From positions 112,704-176,703 of the IMG/VR virus record IMGVR_UViG_3300030004_000009: DNA of 64,000 nt; one strand, 5' to 3'. The DNA is from a virus. This document shows, one piece after another, positions 18,993-28,171 of this stretch; the first letter of the stretch is position 1; each line of letters opens with the position of its first letter. The notes below the pieces were generated by a model. That model made no database searches and was not told where the DNA came from. It saw only the letters and a program-made list of their open reading frames with translations. The position numbers and the translations under genes were made by a program.

Positions 18993-21002
18993 TTAAAAGT
19001 TGATTTTTAAGTTACGTTTGAAAGATCCTGAGACCCTTGCTATAATTGTATTCTGTTGTGTTTCAGAGAAGCCTACACCTGATAACTGGTGTTCATTAAA
19101 TTGTATTTTAAGTTTAGAAGCCATCACTTCGAGAACCTTACGATTCTCGTTAAGTTTATTATTTAAAAACTCATTGTAAAATGGCCGTACTTCCTCGTTA
19201 TTTACCGCTCCTTCAAGTATAAAGATGAAATGTTTATTACCAGTTTTAAGGGTATTTTCCCAATGGTTTGGAGATAACATAATACTTTTCACTTTAGTAA
19301 AGATATTAGTCTTTACTCCCCATTTCTCTTTAGAAGAAATATTCGAGTTAGTTGGTAATGATGGTTTGATAGTAAAGACACCTTGGTTAAGATTTACCAC
19401 TGCAATATCCATTCTACCTAACACACGTGTGTTATGATGAAAGTTATATATCTCACCATTAAACTCAACTTGTGCTTTAAAACCTGTATTCATTAAACCA
19501 TTATAGTTAACGATAGATAGTTTATAATTACCATCCTTCATCATATTGATATTGCTCCAGGTAATATTTTCAACTCTTACTTCTGGTTCATTAGAATGAC
19601 CCCTCATATCAACATCAAGATTACCAGACATGCTTGATTTACTAATTCCTTTATAAGAACTATAATAAATCTCAGTACCATTAGGTTCAATAGCGTGAGC
19701 ATCAAAGTCAGGAGTTCCTTTAGTATCTTCATCATTCCATTGAATTGAAAATCTTAAGACACCACTAACATCACCACCAGCAGACTTTACACGCTCTTTC
19801 ATTGAGTCAGCAATTCCACCAACATAAGACCATGAAAATGGATTGTCCCATTTAAACATTGATGGTGATTTAGGATTAACTGCTGTAATTAAACTAATAA
19901 GGTTACTAAAGTGTGGCTGTTCAAGTAGAAGTTCAATAGTCTTAGCAGTTGGTACTACTTCTGTAAGGAACTTCTCAATTGTAATTTCTTCAACTTTCGA
20001 TAAAGTCTTAGGATTAACCAAACTTGTTTTCTGTAAGTCACCAAAAATGTCACTTACCTCAGTACTACGATCTGTAAAGACAATATCATTAACACTTATG
20101 TCAGTTGATACTGCAAAACGCCGATCAAGAGATTCAAGATAACCAAGCTCCTCTATTTTCTTCTTTGCTTCTTCTATCATTCGAGGAGTAATAGCTGCAG
20201 TCGGTCTTTTGTAGTTCGTAGGTGCAACCTTCTTCTCATAACGTGGCAAAGCGTCATCAATCTCAATACCAACACTTAAATCTTCAAGGAATGTACCGAT
20301 AACTGAACCTCTTATGTTGTTAAGATAAGGAGTTTTAAGTGAGTTTATCCATACAAACTCATCTTTACCGGTAGTTAATTGGTCGTATGACCTTTTAAGA
20401 AGTAAGAATGCTTTTACCATCTCTACAAATTCAGCACCACGATAAAGTGAACCCTGTTTTGTAAGCTCAATCATTGTTTCAAGTGAATCAATAGTAAACT
20501 CATCAAGTGCACGCTTAAGTGTTTGCTTACCTGTACGAAGGATACCTGCTTTTGAATCACGATCTTTCGCAGCTGTTAACGGTACATTACCAAGTTCTAA
20601 CGAGAAATGCTGCCAATAAATCTTCTTTTCAGGATCAAAGTTCTTAGGTGTACCAACGATTCTTGACTCAGGAAGAAATACATCTGTAATTGGAAGTGAT
20701 TCAATATAATCATTAACTAATGATATACTGTTCTCATACTCTTCTTCTATACCTCCAATGTTAAAATACCATAAACCTTGAGATTTATAGTTTTTGTCAA
20801 TAAAACAGATACCGCTAAATTGACGTAAGAATGACTTACAACAATTACAGTTATTAGACTGTCTTATTACATCATTTTCAAACCCACTTAAGTAGAGTTC
20901 ATACACTTTTTCTCGATCAACATTCTTATAAAAGATATGTTGCTCACCTTTAGCAAGCTGATTGTAGCGTTGCTGGACTAAATTTTTAACTTCACTAAAC
21001 AT
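18993..21002 (-). CDS. Large conserved phage protein with a YfaP/DUF2135-like beta-sandwich
   Basis: CNCCKSF motif; LRFSIQWN..DFDAHAIEP..GNLDVD..VENITW; likely start ATG 21002. Confidence 0.7.
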   Translation of the reverse strand: MFSEVKNLVQQRYNQLAKGEQHIFYKNVDREKVYELYLSGFENDVIRQSNNCNCCKSFLRQFSGICFIDKNYKSQGLWYFNIGGIEEEYENSISLVNDYIESLPITDVFLPESRIVGTPKNFDPEKKIYWQHFSLELGNVPLTAAKDRDSKAGILRTGKQTLKRALDEFTIDSLETMIELTKQGSLYRGAEFVEMVKAFLLLKRSYDQLTTGKDEFVWINSLKTPYLNNIRGSVIGTFLEDLSVGIEIDDALPRYEKKVAPTNYKRPTAAITPRMIEEAKKKIEELGYLESLDRRFAVSTDISVNDIVFTDRSTEVSDIFGDLQKTSLVNPKTLSKVEEITIEKFLTEVVPTAKTIELLLEQPHFSNLISLITAVNPKSPSMFKWDNPFSWSYVGGIADSMKERVKSAGGDVSGVLRFSIQWNDEDTKGTPDFDAHAIEPNGTEIYYSSYKGISKSSMSGNLDVDMRGHSNEPEVRVENITWSNINMMKDGNYKLSIVNYNGLMNTGFKAQVEFNGEIYNFHHNTRVLGRMDIAVVNLNQGVFTIKPSLPTNSNISSKEKWGVKTNIFTKVKSIMLSPNHWENTLKTGNKHFIFILEGAVNNEEVRPFYNEFLNNKLNENRKVLEVMASKLKIQFNEHQLSGVGFSETQQNTIIARVSGSFKRNLKINF

Positions 21003-21075
21003 AATTTGATCTTTTACAGGCGCACAATACCTGATTTGTTTAAAATACAATCTTTATATGCTCTCAGATTGTTTG

Positions 21076-21177
21076 TGTATGCAGAAGGATACGATCCTTC
21101 GATCCCGTGAGGAAGGAGTAACTTATGAACTCGTCAATTGTTAACTCGTACGGTGCCCAACACCGCCTTGCGATACA
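21076..21177 (-). ncRNA. tRNA-like element TL3
   Basis: TGTAT(C)GCA/TGCATACA, long D-stem GCGGTG/CACCGT, GAGT(T)AAC-(17 nt)-GTTACTC, variable hairpin, GAAGG-ATCGTAT-CCTTC. Confidence 0.6.
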
Positions 21178-21363
21178 TTTAATAAGTAGTAGTTATACAG
21201 TAGAAACACCGATCAGCATTTAGATTATAAGTGAGCAGGATACTGATCCTCGAGGAATTTACCAGCTTCAGAGACTCATAACCAGCATTACCTTGTACTT
21301 AGATTAACGGCTACTTAGCTATTACTACTGCTTTCCTACTATTTCTTTTTGATTGTTTTGAAG

Positions 21364-21780
21364 TGGAGTGTATGGGATTCGAACCCATGTCTTACTCATC
21401 ATTATAAAGCTTTCTACATGTTTAACTCAATTTTTATCGATAGTAGAGTTCCATCTATTTAGTTTTACATTCTAACAAATGTTTAAAAGCTTCTATTACA
21501 TTGCAGCTTAAATTAACTTTACATATTCCGCGTTTGGCCATAATTGTATGTTCAACTATCTGATTACACAGCCTAAGATCAGTATACTTTAACCCCAGAT
21601 TAAGGGTCCACTATAACACTTTGTGTTAAGCTGCAATCCTCATAGAGGAAGTCCGGCTTGTCATGGAGATAACTTTACAGTTGCCATTTGAAATTTTGAA
21701 AGTTCTATTTAAAGTGGTCTCCTCACAACCCACTACATGCTTACTTTACTCTGTACGAGCAATCAATACCTGCACACCCC
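21364..21780 (-). ncRNA. ssrA: tmRNA
   Basis: Acceptor GGGGTGT/ACACTCC with G3-U wobble, T-arm ATGGG-TTCGAAT-CCCAT, tag frame 21685-21626 encoding GNCKVISMTSRTSSMRIAA-stop. Confidence 0.92.
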
Positions 21781-21932
21781 ATGTAGTTTAAAAGTAACCA
21801 CTTATACCAGTGGTTGTTGGTCCGTTTCTTATTCTAACCGTAGAAAGTAATCATCAACGAGTTTCCCATTATATTTATAATTCTCAGTTGGGTCTGGCCA
21901 GTAGCTTACTGGATAGCGCATGCAGCTTCTTT

Positions 21933-22145
21933 TTAAATCATCACATATTCTCCATCAGGTCCTCTAACTGGAATATAATTAGACTGCTCTTTAGGTTCTT
22001 CAAGTAACTCTGGAAACACTTCTTCTAACCATTCGTTAAAGTACTCTCTATCAATACTAAGAGGATAAACTTCTTTACCTGCTTCTCTTGATATGCCTTT
22101 CATGTAAGCCTCCCACATTGCAGTTCTTATTTCTTCATTCGTCAT
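21933..22145 (-). CDS. Hypothetical protein
   Basis: 70 aa; EAY..G..YFNEW motif shared with the C-terminus of 22412..22708. Confidence 0.55.
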   Translation of the reverse strand: MTNEEIRTAMWEAYMKGISREAGKEVYPLSIDREYFNEWLEEVFPELLEEPKEQSNYIPVRGPDGEYVMI

Positions 22146-22411
22146 ACTTACTTTGCTTTATCATTTGTTTGTATAAACTTTCAAACTTTATTCTCCTAAC
22201 TTCTAACCATTGTGAATACTCTTGTTCTTCATTGAGTTTACCATTAGAACCAGCTTGATAAAATTGCCACATAAGTTCTTTTAAAACCTCTCCTATTTCT
22301 ATCATTTGTTATTTCATAAAAGGTTTAAAGATCTCTACCATTAACCATACATAAAGCACTGACACCAACAGTTTGAAAACAGTAATTACCACTATTTCTT
22401 TTATTTTGTTG

Positions 22412-22708
22412 TTAGGCTGTTTCATTTCTATAATTTTTAAACCATTCATCAAAATATTTAGTGACATCTCCAGTAGTATCAGTGACTAACTTTAAACCTG
22501 CTTTATAAGCTTCTCGTAATAGCTCTATATACTCTAAATCTGAAACTTTGTAAACCTCATTGTAAAGATCAACAGGTATAAAATAAGCTGATAAACCTAT
22601 CTCATCATGACCTTCAAGTTCCATACCAAGTATACATTCATTAAAGCGCTCGTGTTCCATGAAATCCTGACTTTCAGGCCATAGAACTAATTTATATGTA
22701 TTTGACAT
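22412..22708 (-). CDS. Conserved crAss-like hypothetical protein
   Basis: YKLVLWPESQDFMEH..F.EC..SAYFIP motif. Confidence 0.65.
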   Translation of the reverse strand: MSNTYKLVLWPESQDFMEHERFNECILGMELEGHDEIGLSAYFIPVDLYNEVYKVSDLEYIELLREAYKAGLKLVTDTTGDVTKYFDEWFKNYRNETA

Positions 22709-23213
22709 TTTTTGTTTTAATTAATAGTTAAAGAGCATCTTACATAACAGAATACCTATTAAAATATCTTTTATGGCTCATTATGACGGATAGCTCTTTA
22801 ACTTGATTTATAGTAAACTTAAAAATAAGGGTCATCATTCACTGAATAAATATCGTCAATTGGGAATTCTTCACCTGTTGTAGCAATTGCTACTATCTCT
22901 CCATCAAGACCTAAGTGACAGCTATTAAATAGTAAAGGATAGTCAAAATGAAAGACAATTAGTTTATCACCTTCTTGTAATATCATCTCAACATCTCCTG
23001 TTCTATGTAGCTTAAAGCTACAGGTTTTGAAGTTGGTTGAATGTCATGAAAGCTAACTGTACAATTAGTCAGTTTTGAAGCATGATGTACAAACTGGTCT
23101 TTAGAGAGCTTTTCGTGTTGTTCTTCGCTTATGGTGAACACTTTGTTTCCATAAGCAGGAATGATAAAATATAACATGATCTCATTTATTTGGTTTTAAG
23201 TTTAATTAATAGT

Positions 23214-23399
23214 TTAATTAGGTAATTCAACCCAGAATTTCTTATTACAATTAGGACAATGATATTGTACAAAGTCACCATCAGCAACTCCACCACCTTT
23301 ACCGTAGTCTTCATCTATTTCAATAGCATCTGGATGTTGCCATCTTCCTTGTTGTTCTTTATTCCAAGGATTTTCTTTAGTACATATTTGTCTTTCCAT
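23214..23399 (-). CDS. Small zinc-ribbon protein
   Basis: CT..PW..HPDA..YHCPNCNK; likely start ATG 23399. Confidence 0.6.
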   Translation of the reverse strand: MERQICTKENPWNKEQQGRWQHPDAIEIDEDYGKGGGVADGDFVQYHCPNCNKKFWVELPN

Positions 23400-23418
23400 T
23401 AGTGTTTTAGCTGATGGC

Positions 23419-23556
23419 TCAACAAGGAATTTGTTTACTGCCTGGTTTAATAAAAGCACCTGCTGGTATACCAGGTTTACCATTCATTGCGTTATAGTTA
23501 CCCATCTTAGATGCTAACTTACGTTCTGCTTTCTTACGTCTACTTGATTTGCTCAT
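23419..23556 (-). CDS. 45-aa basic peptide (MSKSSRRKKAERKLASK...KPGSKQIPC)
   Basis: Hand translation; ATGA-coupled to the upstream ORF; below the track cutoff. Confidence 0.55.
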   Translation of the reverse strand: MSKSSRRKKAERKLASKMGNYNAMNGKPGIPAGAFIKPGSKQIPC

Positions 23557-23789
23557 TGTATAAAGTTAAAGTAATGTTGTTTAAGTTTATTTTTGGTTTC
23601 GTTCGATAACTCCGGTAAATGTAATAGGTTATTTAGGAAGATTTCAGGGTGTTTAGCATTACTCAAGAAGTAAACTAAATCATCCTCCATATCTTCATCT
23701 ATTACTTCTCTCATTCCACCACATTCTTGAGGATGTGCACAATGCCTTAGACCTTGTCTCTGACATGTACTACAATAGTGAAATTTCAT
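23553..23789 (-). CDS. Small Cys/His zinc-binding protein
   Basis: CSTC..HCAHPQECG. Confidence 0.6.
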   Translation of the reverse strand: MKFHYCSTCQRQGLRHCAHPQECGGMREVIDEDMEDDLVYFLSNAKHPEIFLNNLLHLPELSNETKNKLKQHYFNFIQ

Positions 23790-23794
23790 TGTTT

Positions 23795-24280
23795 TTAAGT
23801 TAAGATTCCGTCGTGTATTACTTTGTCGTTATAGGTAACTCTTACCCTATCAGCGTACTGATTGAAGCTACAATATTTACCAAATCGTTCTACTGCTTCA
23901 TCTTCAACACATTCAATATATCCCCAACTCTTATGATGTATGTAAGGGTAGTGTTGAATGTCCCAGTAATCAAGGATATGACGGTCATCCCGTTTTAAAA
24001 AACTACTAGGTTGACCAAAAGCTTTAATACAAGCTTCTTTAGTATTCCAGTACCAAGTAACACTGATACTAGGTAGCTTATCCCAATTAGGATGAGAATC
24101 TTCAAACTCTTTTAAAGTGTATGCACCTGGATAATCATTATCTTTACCCCAAAAATTAATTTCTTGATCCTCAAATTCAGGACGAATTATCCAAGCACAC
24201 TTCTTAGAATGCCAATCAGTTATAGGTACTCCATCAGAATACTGATGTTGTCCATCCATTGAGTTAATGTGTACTTTCAT
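23795..24280 (-). CDS. Hypothetical protein
   Basis: 161 aa ORF. Confidence 0.6.
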   Translation of the reverse strand: MKVHINSMDGQHQYSDGVPITDWHSKKCAWIIRPEFEDQEINFWGKDNDYPGAYTLKEFEDSHPNWDKLPSISVTWYWNTKEACIKAFGQPSSFLKRDDRHILDYWDIQHYPYIHHKSWGYIECVEDEAVERFGKYCSFNQYADRVRVTYNDKVIHDGILT

Positions 24281-24300
24281 TTAGTGTTTTGGATTAAAAG

Positions 24301-24642
24301 CTATAAGGTTAATAGTGCTTTTTTAAATTCTCTTTTGAACACAGTTTGTAAATCTAAACTATCTTCTCCTTCTTGTAGAATATCTGGTAATGAAGTGCCT
24401 TTTGGTACAGCTAAAATTACTTTTATTAATACATTAGGTATTTTTTGACTGTGGTAATCACCTTGTTGAACATGTTTAGTATGTCTACGTTCTTTCATTT
24501 GGATTTCATAACTACGTTTAGTTAAAAACGATTGTACTTCTTCAATAGTGAAACTAGTTTCACTATTGACATAGCGATCTAGATAATAATCTTTACCTCT
24601 ATCTTCACCAAAGTGTTCTCTGTATTGTTCTCTTGTTATCAT
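24301..24642 (-). CDS. Hypothetical protein
   Basis: 113 aa ORF. Confidence 0.6.
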   Translation of the reverse strand: MITREQYREHFGEDRGKDYYLDRYVNSETSFTIEEVQSFLTKRSYEIQMKERRHTKHVQQGDYHSQKIPNVLIKVILAVPKGTSLPDILQEGEDSLDLQTVFKREFKKALLTL

Positions 24643-24654
24643 GATTAGTTTTAA

Positions 24655-25170
24655 TTAAAGGTGAAGCATGTTTCTCATGCCATTATAAAGATCAGGATCA
24701 AGATCAGGATATAAATCCACAGTTAAGTCTTCCCACATTCTTTCGAGTTCTCTATCAGTTGGATAACTGTATATTAAGGAGTCATTATCTAAAACTGGAA
24801 GTACGTGATCATTAAATGTGTTGTGTAAGAAGTTACACAACACATGATTACCTCTCTTATGAAGCAAACTCATCGATTCTCTTATGTAGAGTTTGTTATT
24901 GTCTCTTACATTCTTATGAGGACGAAGCCACATTATGTTATCATATTGCTTCCATGTTATATAGCTCCAATCATCATAAAATTCAAGAATACTATGAACA
25001 AATGATTTTTGTCTAAAGTCGTAAGTCTTGAATGCTAAAACATCATAACACTTATACCAAAAGTCATGGCAATGATCTGCAAGATCAATGTCTGCAATAA
25101 AGGATTTATCTCTTGTTGGTTGTTGTGATTGCCATACTTGATATCGTGGCGTTACTTGTTTTAGATACAT
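24655..25170 (-). CDS. Hypothetical protein
   Basis: 171 aa ORF. Confidence 0.55.
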   Translation of the reverse strand: MYLKQVTPRYQVWQSQQPTRDKSFIADIDLADHCHDFWYKCYDVLAFKTYDFRQKSFVHSILEFYDDWSYITWKQYDNIMWLRPHKNVRDNNKLYIRESMSLLHKRGNHVLCNFLHNTFNDHVLPVLDNDSLIYSYPTDRELERMWEDLTVDLYPDLDPDLYNGMRNMLHL

Positions 25171-25229
25171 GTTAGAGATCAGAGAGCTTAAAGTACTCTT
25201 GAGTGAAGACTATAGTCTAACTTTTAAAT

Positions 25230-25511
25230 TTACTCTTTAGGGAAAAGTTGCTTTTGTAAGCTAAGCAAAATCTTTACACCTGCTTCAGCTTCTTCAAGTT
25301 TATTTATGGCGTTTACAATGTCCTTTGCACTAAAAGGAGTAGCAGACTTTTCATTTTCCACCATTTGTCTTAAACTAACAACTGATCGCTCTGAAGCTAA
25401 GATGTCTGCTTGTAACTGTAGCTCTGCATCCTCCACCTGATATTGGAGTTCCAGGGATTCTTTGGCCTCCTGTGATTGTTGGAGTCTTTCTTTGTACGAT
25501 AATGTGCTCAT
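25230..25511 (-). CDS. Coiled-coil hypothetical protein
   Basis: 93 aa with A-rich leader; overlapped by the 3' end of the upstream ORF. Confidence 0.65.
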   Translation of the reverse strand: MSTLSYKERLQQSQEAKESLELQYQVEDAELQLQADILASERSVVSLRQMVENEKSATPFSAKDIVNAINKLEEAEAGVKILLSLQKQLFPKE

Positions 25512-26346
25512 GTTTTTTATTTGTTTTTAAATTTAATTCTGTGTATTGTATTTCAGGTATGTTCCACTTAAGAAATGTTGCTTTAATTGTTGTATAAATA
25601 ATATGTCCACCTTCTAAAGCCCACCATACTTCATTTTTGTTATTAAAAGTAGCATGTTTCCAATACTCACCTCCTAATTCTTTCATTTTAGCTAGAATCT
25701 GAAGACTTATATCATAATTAGGTGAGTAAACTTTGAAGTTATTAGGGAAACTAGACTGCCAATCAACCATTACAAACTCATTACATGGGTCAATAGTTCC
25801 TCTATAAGTATTAAAACCTGGCTCACCATAAGTTATCTTTTTAGCTTGATCAGTTAAATGTTCGACTATGCCAACTCCTCTAGGTATGATTTGTTTACCT
25901 AAAATATCATTAACTGTAATAAGTTTATTACTGTGATAACTGAAGTAACTTGGAGTATTAGACCAACCAACGAGTCTGTCACTGTTTATAAATAAATAAG
26001 GTGCTTCAGGATTAACTGTCTCTACTTTAACTGTATTCCAACCATAGCCTAACTCAAATAGTTTCTTCTGTACCAAAACACTTTCTTCTGGTGTAACTTG
26101 TAGTTTGGTATTTCTAAAGTCTAATTCTTCAGTTACATTTAAACCATAGAAGCTATTGTAAAAATTTACAAAACCTTTAAGCGCTACATATGTTGAATGA
26201 CTTGTTACATCAACAATATAAAAAACGCTTGAATGTACACTATCAACACTATACGTTATGTGTTTTGAGAGTTTTAAATCTGCCCAAGCATTGAGTACTT
26301 CTCCAGGAATTTCTTGACCTACTTCAACTTTTGTTATTGGTTTCAT
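25375..26346 (-). CDS. Hypothetical protein with two related domains
   Basis: Two similar segments (VQKKLFELGYGW and ILAKMKELGGEYW). Confidence 0.65.
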   Translation of the reverse strand: MKPITKVEVGQEIPGEVLNAWADLKLSKHITYSVDSVHSSVFYIVDVTSHSTYVALKGFVNFYNSFYGLNVTEELDFRNTKLQVTPEESVLVQKKLFELGYGWNTVKVETVNPEAPYLFINSDRLVGWSNTPSYFSYHSNKLITVNDILGKQIIPRGVGIVEHLTDQAKKITYGEPGFNTYRGTIDPCNEFVMVDWQSSFPNNFKVYSPNYDISLQILAKMKELGGEYWKHATFNNKNEVWWALEGGHIIYTTIKATFLKWNIPEIQYTELNLKTNKKHEHIIVQRKTPTITGGQRIPGTPISGGGCRATVTSRHLSFRAISC

Positions 26347-26442
26347 CTTCTTTTATTTTTAACCTTACTTATTAAAAGGTAAAACTACTAAATTAAGAGT
26401 AATCTAACAGTCTCACCTTTTAAGTAGTAAGCATTGAGTTAA

Positions 26443-26967
26443 TTAACAGTTTCCATAACCACCTATTTGACCCGGCCCAACAGCTTTAGAGGCTTCCTTT
26501 TCAAACTTCTCCCAGGCTTCAAGATCAATGAAATCCGATACAATTTGAATTTTACTATCCCAGTGAATAAATGATGTACGATCCTTAACACAAACGTAAA
26601 CTGGTACTTGACTTCCACCGGCTTTAGCTTCTTGTTTCTCTACAAATGGTAGAAGTGCGATCATATATCCAGCATGTCTAAAATGTACACCTCCACATGT
26701 AGGACACTTTAAAAGTTGAAGTTCATGTGGATCAGCTGTTTTTATCATTTCACTTTGATTGTAAGCCCCTAAATCCTGTGTGATTTGAAGCTGTTGCATT
26801 GGTATAGTTGTAAATTGTTCAATTGCTGCACCATAATCAAGAGCTAACTGCTCACGATGTTCTTCAGGGAAAGTGTTAATAAATGTCTCAAGTGATTGAG
26901 GTAAGTTTGGTGATGTGGCTAATAGTATAACTATTGCTTGATCAACTTCTGGTGTATCTGTTTTCAT
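26443..26967 (-). CDS. Zinc-finger hypothetical protein
   Basis: CPTCGGVHFRHAGY; likely start ATG 26967. Confidence 0.6.
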   Translation of the reverse strand: MKTDTPEVDQAIVILLATSPNLPQSLETFINTFPEEHREQLALDYGAAIEQFTTIPMQQLQITQDLGAYNQSEMIKTADPHELQLLKCPTCGGVHFRHAGYMIALLPFVEKQEAKAGGSQVPVYVCVKDRTSFIHWDSKIQIVSDFIDLEAWEKFEKEASKAVGPGQIGGYGNC

Positions 26968-27080
26968 TATTATTTGGGTTTTAAATTTTAAAGATAAAGA
27001 ACTCGTGTGATTGTTTCCAACCAAATCCATCTGCCTTGACCCAGTTAGATTCCTGTTATTTCACTGGCACGAGTATATTG

Positions 27081-27485
27081 TTAATTAAGACCACTTATTA
27101 GACGTTCTTCAAGGTTTTCGTCTATAATGATTACATTTTTATATGCATCGATAGTCTCCAATTGTTTAATAAAAGAATTCCAATTATCAATACGCATTAC
27201 TGTTACACCTGTATTTAACTTTTGTGAAGCATACCTTGCAATATCGTAATCAATTTTATTACCTGTAGTAATAAGAAGTAGGTTTTGTTTACTTCTTTCA
27301 ACTAGTTCAATACCTTCGAGGTATTTAGTGTATAGTATACATCTATCGCCATCTTTATTAAAATATTGAATTGCTGCTGAGGTTTCAGTTAACTCAGTAA
27401 GAACACCTCTTATTATTTCTCCAACAAAGGATGCTTTGACTATATCTCCTACTTTAAGAGCTTCGTCGTTTTGGTTTTCTGTCAT
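27081..27485 (-). CDS. Hypothetical protein with SH3/KOW-like N-terminus
   Basis: LKVGDIVK..G. Confidence 0.55.
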   Translation of the reverse strand: MTENQNDEALKVGDIVKASFVGEIIRGVLTELTETSAAIQYFNKDGDRCILYTKYLEGIELVERSKQNLLLITTGNKIDYDIARYASQKLNTGVTVMRIDNWNSFIKQLETIDAYKNVIIIDENLEERLISGLN

Positions 27486-27762
27486 GATTTATAATTGTTT
27501 TGTTTGGTTACTTGATTTGAAACTCCTTGAAGACCGAGACTATAAGAGAGTCTATCTAAGAGTTAATTAACTATTGATTATCATTGATTTTTTATTTAAT
27601 AAAGAACGATTTACAGTCTCAATATCATTAAGGAGTGAGGCATCACCCTCACTCCAAACCAAATAACAGTTAGAATCTAGGGTTCTAACTACCGATCATG
27701 AGAAACAGTGAATACGTTACAGATGCGACCTGTGTAACTCCTGATAGTACGTATTAGTGCTA

Positions 27763-27921
27763 TTAGTCAGCTCCTTGATGACTTTTATTGTGATTTACCG
27801 GTCTGAATTTCTTTTTTTCTTTTTGTTTCTTATTTGCATATTCTGTTTTTAATTCGTCTGTTGTCATGTCACGATGAGTTGTACCTTGTACTTTTGTTTC
27901 ATCTTTCTTATTACTTGCCAT
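27763..27921 (-). CDS. Small basic protein
   Basis: MASNKKDETK... with A-rich leader; start revised to 27921. Confidence 0.5.
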   Translation of the reverse strand: MASNKKDETKVQGTTHRDMTTDELKTEYANKKQKEKKKFRPVNHNKSHQGAD

Positions 27922-28049
27922 TGTGTATTTTGTATTAAACTGTAATTGGAAGAATATGCATAGACAAACTCCCTGGCTTTTTGTTTTATTACAGTTAGAC
28001 AAGAGATAAGGATCTGAGCCTATACACCTAAAGTGTCTCTTGTGGAAAG

Positions 28050-28148
28050 TTACGCATTGTTACGTACCCTTCTTCTACTCATTCCAATAGCCACCACTAT
28101 GATAGCTATAATAGGCAAGAGTTGTGCTGTTAGTCCAATCCATAACAT
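28050..28148 (-). CDS. 32-aa single-TM peptide (MLWIGLTAQLLPIIAIIVVAIGMSRRRVRNNA)
   Basis: Hand translation; A-rich leader, TM helix plus basic tail. Confidence 0.5.
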   Translation of the reverse strand: MLWIGLTAQLLPIIAIIVVAIGMSRRRVRNNA

Positions 28149-28171
28149 TGTAGTGTTTTTGAGATTAATAG

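Noticed and set aside
21076-21177. tRNA-Sec
   Set aside because: The long D-stem and variable arm are suggestive, but the anticodon loop is 17 nt and the T-loop is non-canonical; kept only as a tRNA-like element
21229-21317. Sixth tRNA-like element
   Set aside because: Only a weak acceptor and T-arm-like hairpin; no convincing D or anticodon arm
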